From: Minisyncoccia bacterium
Lineage (GTDB): Bacteria > Patescibacteriota > Minisyncoccia > Phycocordibacterales > UBA9973
Length of the DNA: 64,000 nt
Direction of reading: 5' to 3'
NCBI GenBank assembly: GCA_041737125.1
Contig: JBGSSJ010000014.1
Location: forward strand, 1,533 to 65,532
The position numbers and the translations under genes are program-made. The first letter of the stretch is position 1. Each line of letters opens with the position of its first letter. The notes under the pieces were generated by a model. That model did not search any database. It was not told where the DNA came from and saw only the letters and a list, made by a program, of their open reading frames with translations. Below, piece after piece: positions 59,093 to 64,000 of this stretch.

Positions 59093-60519
59093 TAGATCTA
59101 CAGAATCTTACAATAGAAAAGGCTCACACATCACTTGTAAGTGGTGAATTTACTGTGACTGAATTGTTAAATGCATATTTGGATATTATTAAAGAGAAGA
59201 ACTCTGACTTAAATGCATATCTTGAAATATTTACTGATGATGTATTTGCACAAGCAAAAGTTGCTGAAGAAATGTTCAAAAATGGGACTGCAACTATACT
59301 AACCGGTATTCCGATAGCGATAAAAGATAATATTTTATTCGAAGGACACATAGCATCTGCTTCTTCGAAAATGCTAGGCAATCATAAAGCAGTTTATGAT
59401 TCTTTCGCTGTAAAGAAGTTAAAGGAGCAAGGCGTAGTAATACTAGGCCGTACGAATATGGACGAATTCGCCATGGGTTCATCTACACAAACTAGTGCAT
59501 ACGGTATTACGAAGAATCCCGTCGATACATCTCGTGTTCCTGGAGGTTCATCAGGTGGATCTGCTGTTACAGTAGCAAGCGATATGTCACTTGCATCATT
59601 AGGAACCGAGACATGTGGCTCAGTACGTCAACCCGCATCTTTCTGTGGTGTTGTAGGTATAAAGCCTACATATGGGGCAATATCACGAAGTGGCATTATC
59701 GCCATGGGTAGCTCTCTTGATCAAGTGGGCCCGATAGGCAAAAATGTTGCCGATACGGAAATACTTTTCAATGCTCTTTCAGGCTATGATGCCCTTGATA
59801 GTACGTCACTCTCTCCAGAATTTCGTTCTTCTATAAAGAAAAATCCGCTCAAGAAGAGGATAGGGGTACCGCGTGATTTCTTAAATGGGGGAGGAATAGA
59901 TCCTGAAGTACTTTCGAATTTTAATGAGAGCTGTGAGAAGCTCAAAGATTCTGGATATGAAATTGTAGATGTAACTTCAGAAGCTATGAAGTATTCGCTC
60001 GCTGTGTATTACATTATTATGCCTGCAGAAGTATCTAGTAATCTTGCTCGCTATGATGGTATACGTTATGGGATGTCTGTAGAGGTAGATAAGCTTTATG
60101 ATGTTTATGCCAAGAGCAGGGCTCAAGGCTTCGGGAAAGAAGTCCGCCGTAGAATACTACTCGGCACGTACATACTTTCTCATGGTTATCATGATGCTTA
60201 CTATAACAAAGCATTACAAGTTCGAGACATGATTACACGAGAACTTCTTGATATGTTCGAGAATGTAGATGCATTTATAACTCCGACTGTTCCATTCCCT
60301 GCATTCAAGCTAGGCGAGAAGATGGATGACCCTATGGCTATGTATATGTGTGATATTTTCTCTGCACCAGCGAACTTGGCGGGAGTACCTGCTATATCTA
60401 TACCTTCAGGTAAGACGAAGGACGGATTACCCCTCGGATTACAAATCACAGCACCTTATCTACGTGAAGATATACTCTTTACTATTGGTAAAGACTTTGA
60501 GAATAAAGCGAAAAACTAG
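59089..60519 (+). CDS. gatA: Asp/Glu-tRNA amidotransferase subunit A (amidase signature family)
   Basis: 476 aa; amidase signature GGSSGGSAVTVAS; Ser-cisSer-Lys triad context. Confidence 0.9.
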   Translation: MIDLQNLTIEKAHTSLVSGEFTVTELLNAYLDIIKEKNSDLNAYLEIFTDDVFAQAKVAEEMFKNGTATILTGIPIAIKDNILFEGHIASASSKMLGNHKAVYDSFAVKKLKEQGVVILGRTNMDEFAMGSSTQTSAYGITKNPVDTSRVPGGSSGGSAVTVASDMSLASLGTETCGSVRQPASFCGVVGIKPTYGAISRSGIIAMGSSLDQVGPIGKNVADTEILFNALSGYDALDSTSLSPEFRSSIKKNPLKKRIGVPRDFLNGGGIDPEVLSNFNESCEKLKDSGYEIVDVTSEAMKYSLAVYYIIMPAEVSSNLARYDGIRYGMSVEVDKLYDVYAKSRAQGFGKEVRRRILLGTYILSHGYHDAYYNKALQVRDMITRELLDMFENVDAFITPTVPFPAFKLGEKMDDPMAMYMCDIFSAPANLAGVPAISIPSGKTKDGLPLGLQITAPYLREDILFTIGKDFENKAKN

Positions 60520-60531
60520 TATAATGTTCAT

Positions 60532-61143
60532 ATGGAACAAAGTGTAGTTCAATCTGTCATAGACAAACCAGTTTTTGAACCAACATATCTCAACATGGAA
60601 TATGTTTTTGCAAAGATACTCGCAGTTATTAAACCAATAATTGAGTTTATTTTCAATCCACATACTTGGACAGTAATAGGATTTATATCTTCATTCTTCA
60701 CCCTTTTCTTCATTACTATCATAATATTTTGTTTAGTGCGTATGCGTGAAATACAGCTACACGAGAAAGAAGAGCTTGATCATGAGATACATCAAGCTCT
60801 TGCCCGTGACAAGGAGGCGAATCGTAACGAGAATCCACGCTGGCACTACATACTCACCCTTATCGAGAGCTCCAATGAATCTGATTGGCGTGTAGCTATC
60901 ATAGAGGCAGACAGTATGCTTGAGGAAATACTTAGAGATAAAGGCATGGACGGGGATAGTGTCAGCGAGCTCCTCGAATCTGCAAGGTCTAATGGTTATC
61001 AGAGTATTCAGAGTGCATGGGATGCACACTTAGTTCGTAATCAGATAGCTCACGCTGGGTCTGAATTCTCTCTCACTCAGCTCGAAGGCCGCCGCGTCAT
61101 AAAAATGTTCCAAAGCTTCTTCGAAGAATTAGGGGTGGTATAG
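60532..61143 (+). CDS. Hypothetical membrane-anchored protein
   Basis: 203 aa; one or two TM helices, then a charged helical cytoplasmic domain. Confidence 0.45.
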   Translation: MEQSVVQSVIDKPVFEPTYLNMEYVFAKILAVIKPIIEFIFNPHTWTVIGFISSFFTLFFITIIIFCLVRMREIQLHEKEELDHEIHQALARDKEANRNENPRWHYILTLIESSNESDWRVAIIEADSMLEEILRDKGMDGDSVSELLESARSNGYQSIQSAWDAHLVRNQIAHAGSEFSLTQLEGRRVIKMFQSFFEELGVV

Positions 61144-61145
61144 TC

Positions 61146-61430
61146 ATGAATAAAACATTATTATATATTTCATATTTCTTTTTAATTATCGGCTTTGCTC
61201 CAATGATATTTATAATGTTATTTTGCATTGGTTATGTTGTTGTTCTTATATCAATACTACTTGGCATCGAGGGAATCGCAAATATAACTTTATCTCTACT
61301 TGCGCAACCCGTTTTACTTTTGGCTAAAATAGACGATGGTCGTCCGCTGTTCATTGGATTTATTGTTCTTACTATAATAAGTTTTATTTTTCTCCGAATT
61401 CTTAGAAAACAAAAATTTATAAATTATTAA
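61146..61430 (+). CDS. Small hypothetical membrane protein
   Basis: 94 aa; three hydrophobic helices. Confidence 0.4.
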   Translation: MNKTLLYISYFFLIIGFAPMIFIMLFCIGYVVVLISILLGIEGIANITLSLLAQPVLLLAKIDDGRPLFIGFIVLTIISFIFLRILRKQKFINY

Positions 61431-61440
61431 GATTAATAAA

Positions 61441-61468
61441 AAGGCTGAAGCGCGAGCGCTCCAGCCTT
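61441..61468. terminator. GC-rich hairpin shared by convergent genes
   Basis: aaggctg-aagcgcgagcgctc-cagcctt. Confidence 0.5.
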
Positions 61469-61489
61469 GAATACCTTTTGGGTGGAAAT

Positions 61490-61717
61490 TTATGCAACTT
61501 TTTCAATATATGAAAGCAATTGCAAAGAATTAAATTCCTCAATTTTAACAACAACTGTCTTGGTTTCAGTTGTCATTTCTACAAAATCACCATTTATTTT
61601 TGTCTCAAAGGTTTCCCCCTCAATACAAAATGGTACAAATTTTGTTAGTTCATTTTCTTGTTCGAAAGAAATTCCTTTCATTGCTACATAAGTAGTCGCA
61701 GTGGTTAAATTTTCCAT
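61490..61717 (-). CDS. Small hypothetical protein
   Basis: 75-aa ORF, acidic; no family recognised. Confidence 0.35.
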   Translation of the reverse strand: MENLTTATTYVAMKGISFEQENELTKFVPFCIEGETFETKINGDFVEMTTETKTVVVKIEEFNSLQLLSYIEKVA

Positions 61718-61747
61718 TCTGATTGTTATTTAAATGTTAAAAAGAAC

Positions 61748-61782
61748 AAAATAAGAGCTCTCATTTGAGAGCTCTTATTTTG
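61748..61782. terminator. Perfect 13-bp-stem hairpin downstream of the prephenate dehydratase gene
   Basis: aaaataagagctctca-tt-tgagagctcttatttt with A- and T-runs (bidirectional). Confidence 0.6.
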
Positions 61783-61907
61783 TTTCAATGTTTTTAGATT
61801 TATCTATAAAGCAAAATAGCAGCCCTCAAATTGTGGGAGTTGTAATACCAGAAGCTAAAGCTATTTATTGCAATACGATTCATATATTGTTTATATCATT
61901 TTGAGAC

Positions 61908-62534
61908 TTATCGGTCAATCATTCTTTTTAACACTACGAAAGCCGTTAGGTTATTGTGGCTATCTTGTAGGTCCTTATCTATTATCTCAAGGTTATATAG
62001 GTCTGCTATGGATTTCGAGCCCAGTATTGCATAAGTCTCAGGTAGGGTTCCTTTAGCCAATGCCTCACCTGCTTTTGCTGTGTCCACCAGGTCTCCCTTA
62101 CCGCTTAGTGTTTCAAGCTCTGGGTACTTCTTTTTTAGCGTGCTTTTGCATTGTAGGAATACTTGCGGGTGAGCCATGATGTGAGTGATGGACTTCGTAT
62201 CGACACCCTTTTTCTTCATGAGGAAGTGCCTGACTATAATATTGAACTCACATACTATGTCGCATTTATGGCGAGCTACGGCGTATAGAGTCTCTGTGAC
62301 TACACCACCGACACTGTTGTGTAGGGCGCATATACCGTAATCAATATCCTTTTTAAAAAGGGAAGTGAGAACCTTCTCGGATGTATATAAGTATTTAATT
62401 TTAGGATTTTTAATTCCATTTTCCTCTATGTATTTATTCACAGCTTCCTCGCAGAAGCTACCCCTTGCACCTTGGATGCCGAAAGTTGTGTATTTCTTAT
62501 TGTCTTTTTTGACTCTTTTTTTCATAAGAACCAT
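61908..62534 (-). CDS. pheA: Prephenate dehydratase catalytic domain protein with no ACT regulatory domain
   Basis: 208 aa; PDT motifs (TTFGIQGARGSF, HNSVGGVV / ENS-like, NNLTAFVVL ~ NxTRF); too short to carry an ACT domain. Confidence 0.7.
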   Translation of the reverse strand: MVLMKKRVKKDNKKYTTFGIQGARGSFCEEAVNKYIEENGIKNPKIKYLYTSEKVLTSLFKKDIDYGICALHNSVGGVVTETLYAVARHKCDIVCEFNIIVRHFLMKKKGVDTKSITHIMAHPQVFLQCKSTLKKKYPELETLSGKGDLVDTAKAGEALAKGTLPETYAILGSKSIADLYNLEIIDKDLQDSHNNLTAFVVLKRMIDR

Positions 62535-62611
62535 TGTATCATTTACATATCAGATATATCAATAAAATAGTCGAAGGGAGTCTTTCCCGCAACTTAAATT
62601 ATCTCCTGCAG

Positions 62612-62636
62612 AAAAAGCTCCTTTTGGAGCTTTTTC
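62612..62636. terminator. Rho-independent terminator downstream of the RelQ-like gene
   Basis: aaaaagctcc-tttt-ggagcttttt. Confidence 0.6.
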
Positions 62637-62744
62637 TTAATGCGCGACATAGTGAACGAAGTGAGAACTGTTATTTGTAGATACTATGGTTGTGTTTATA
62701 TATCGAATCTAGCAGAAAAGCGAGAAATTAAAATTAATTAATAA

Positions 62745-63428
62745 CTAGTTTATATTATCCTGAATTACCCCCTCAAGTTCCTTTGCAGCTTTTTTAATAT
62801 ATTTTTCCATGATTTCTTCCATCTTAGATTTTATCTTTTCAAATTTTTCCTGATCTTTTTTTTTGAAACCATGGATATCTTTGTAGATCAAATCATGTTC
62901 AATCTCTGCCCAAGCATGATGAAGAATTGATGTTATTTGCACTTCACTTTTCAAATTAGTAAAATGTTGATATTCGCTCAATTGAAGTCTTTTAGGCCCG
63001 AAAGCCATTATTAAATGAGAGGCTTGATATCCACCATTTTTAATTCGTTCCTCAGCTTTTATTAATCCACTTATCTCATTTTTGATCTCTTTTAGAAATT
63101 TTACCCTATCGTGCTCGGTGTAGAAAATTACCCTAATTCCCACAAGATCTTCTATCTCATCTAGTGAAGCATAATATTTTCCTTCTTCTTTTTTACGAAT
63201 AAGTTTTTCTTCTAATCTATCTAGGGATTTCGTTCTAGATGAAATTTGATATTTATATTGACGTTCTCTAAGAAAAGCTTCAATTACTTTATGAATTACT
63301 CCTCTAAATTCTTCATAAATGAAGTATTTTTTTTTATATTCTACCAAAACATCTTCCAAATAATCTACTTCTTTTTTATACTTTGGATTAAATATAGCTA
63401 AAATATTATACAAAAATTGAGAAGCCAT
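62745..63428 (-). CDS. Small alarmone synthetase (RelQ/RelP-like, RelA/SpoT synthetase domain only)
   Basis: 227 aa; YQISSRTKSLDRLEEKLIRK, DLVGIRVIFY, GYQASHLIMAF, EVQITSILHHAWAEIEH(D) map onto the (p)ppGpp synthetase motifs; no hydrolase domain. Confidence 0.8.
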   Translation of the reverse strand: MASQFLYNILAIFNPKYKKEVDYLEDVLVEYKKKYFIYEEFRGVIHKVIEAFLRERQYKYQISSRTKSLDRLEEKLIRKKEEGKYYASLDEIEDLVGIRVIFYTEHDRVKFLKEIKNEISGLIKAEERIKNGGYQASHLIMAFGPKRLQLSEYQHFTNLKSEVQITSILHHAWAEIEHDLIYKDIHGFKKKDQEKFEKIKSKMEEIMEKYIKKAAKELEGVIQDNIN

Positions 63429-63493
63429 ATTTATATTATAACAGTTTTCCGTTTAATACACCTACAACAAAAATAACCATATTACTATGGTTA

Positions 63494-63655
63494 TTTTTTC
63501 TTTTGCGCAGTCGAAGGAAATCTTTCGCCATACAGTCGCGGGTGCTTTTCGCTCCGATTCAATCGGAGAACGAAAAGCCTTTCAAGATCCCTGCGCAAGC
63601 AAAGGTTTTGCTTGCTTATCCTGCACGAAAAAAGAGGCCTGAGGCCCCTTTTTTC
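63494..63655. other. GC-rich (~50%) multi-hairpin element; candidate structured RNA or leader
   Basis: Outer pairing ttgcgcag (63494-63501) / ctgcgcaa (63591-63598); 14-bp hairpin gcttttcgctccga-ttcaa-tcggag(aa)cgaaaagc; hairpin caagcaaa-ggt-tttgcttg; terminator-like ggcc-tga-ggcc with T/A runs on both strands. Confidence 0.3.
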
Positions 63656-63836
63656 TCTTGCGCGCCCTAGTGGACTCTGTTGGAACCGCTATAAGGGAAT
63701 ATAATGGTTACATTTATGTACCAAATCTAAAGGAAAAATCAGAAAAACTAGCCATATTGACATAATGGGTTATATTATGCTATAATATACATCAAGAACG
63801 ATGTTGTTCTTAATAAACAAATAGGAGATAAGAAAA

Positions 63837-64000
63837 TGAGTAAATCAGTGAGTATTGACCAATCTCATTCAGTTATCCAAGCCCTTGCTAACAATGTGGA
63901 CTGGAGTGTTCTGGATGGTGATATGTTGCAGGAAAAGATTATCAAAAATCAAAAGGAAGTTGGCAAACAGTTCACTCTGTTTTTGAAAAATGGTGGAAAA
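63837..64000 (+). CDS. 5' part of a hypothetical protein gene, truncated by the window edge
   Basis: Shine-Dalgarno-like taggag 8 nt upstream of the ATG; open frame MSKSVSIDQSHSVIQALANN... to the end of the window. Confidence 0.4.

Noticed and set aside
63494-63655. GC-rich block as an rRNA, RNase P, SRP or 6S fragment
   Set aside because: The length (~160 nt) and the absence of recognisable conserved motifs (for example the SRP domain IV GGAA/AGCAG or RNase P P4 sequences) argue against these. It is left as an unclassified structured element.

Overview
This is an AT-rich (about 35% GC) bacterial chromosome segment with tight gene packing, frequent start/stop overlaps and mostly no Shine-Dalgarno sequences. 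Several lineage indicators are visible in the sequence: rpsE runs directly into rplO with no L30 gene, S14 is the Zn-binding Z type, pyrH is the archaeal type, and there is a complete type IV pilus (T4P) locus plus comF. Together these look like a Patescibacteria/CPR-like or similarly reduced genome; that assignment is inference. The window contains these conserved blocks in order: (1) the 3' half of the spc/alpha ribosomal-protein cluster (rplE, rpsN, rpsH, rplF, rplR, rpsE, rplO, secY, adk, pyrH ... map); (2) infC-rpmI-rplT on the minus strand; (3) smpB plus tmRNA; (4) ftsH and a tRNA-Ile with a UAU anticodon; (5) a metal-homeostasis cluster (ZIP transporter, Fur/Zur, YibE/F with a native His6 tail, ECF sigma/anti-sigma); (6) recG, a two-component pair and a GT4 glycosyltransferase; (7) two divergent type-II tRNAs; (8) comF followed by a complete T4P locus (pilM/N/O, pilB, CheY-like response regulator, pilT, pilC, three major pilin paralogs, pilD, four minor pilins, a PilX-like protein); (9) ligA and gatCA; (10) a prephenate dehydratase domain gene and a RelQ-like small alarmone synthetase. 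The most unusual content is a tandem array of four paralogous Cys-rich proteins of about 560 aa inserted between pyrH and map. Each is bracketed by zinc ribbons at both ends, and a junction repeat of about 190 nt carrying a variable TTACTAA heptamer tract has homogenised the 5' ends of copies 3 and 4. Other points of interest: a 908-aa VirD4/HerA-superfamily ATPase preceded by a MITE-like inverted-repeat element; a 45-nt element inserted in frame in both truB and ligA; a tRNA-Ile(UAU) and a Ser-like tRNA with an apparent ACU anticodon; and several candidate structured RNAs. No CRISPR array, rRNA gene, integrase or transposase was recognised.
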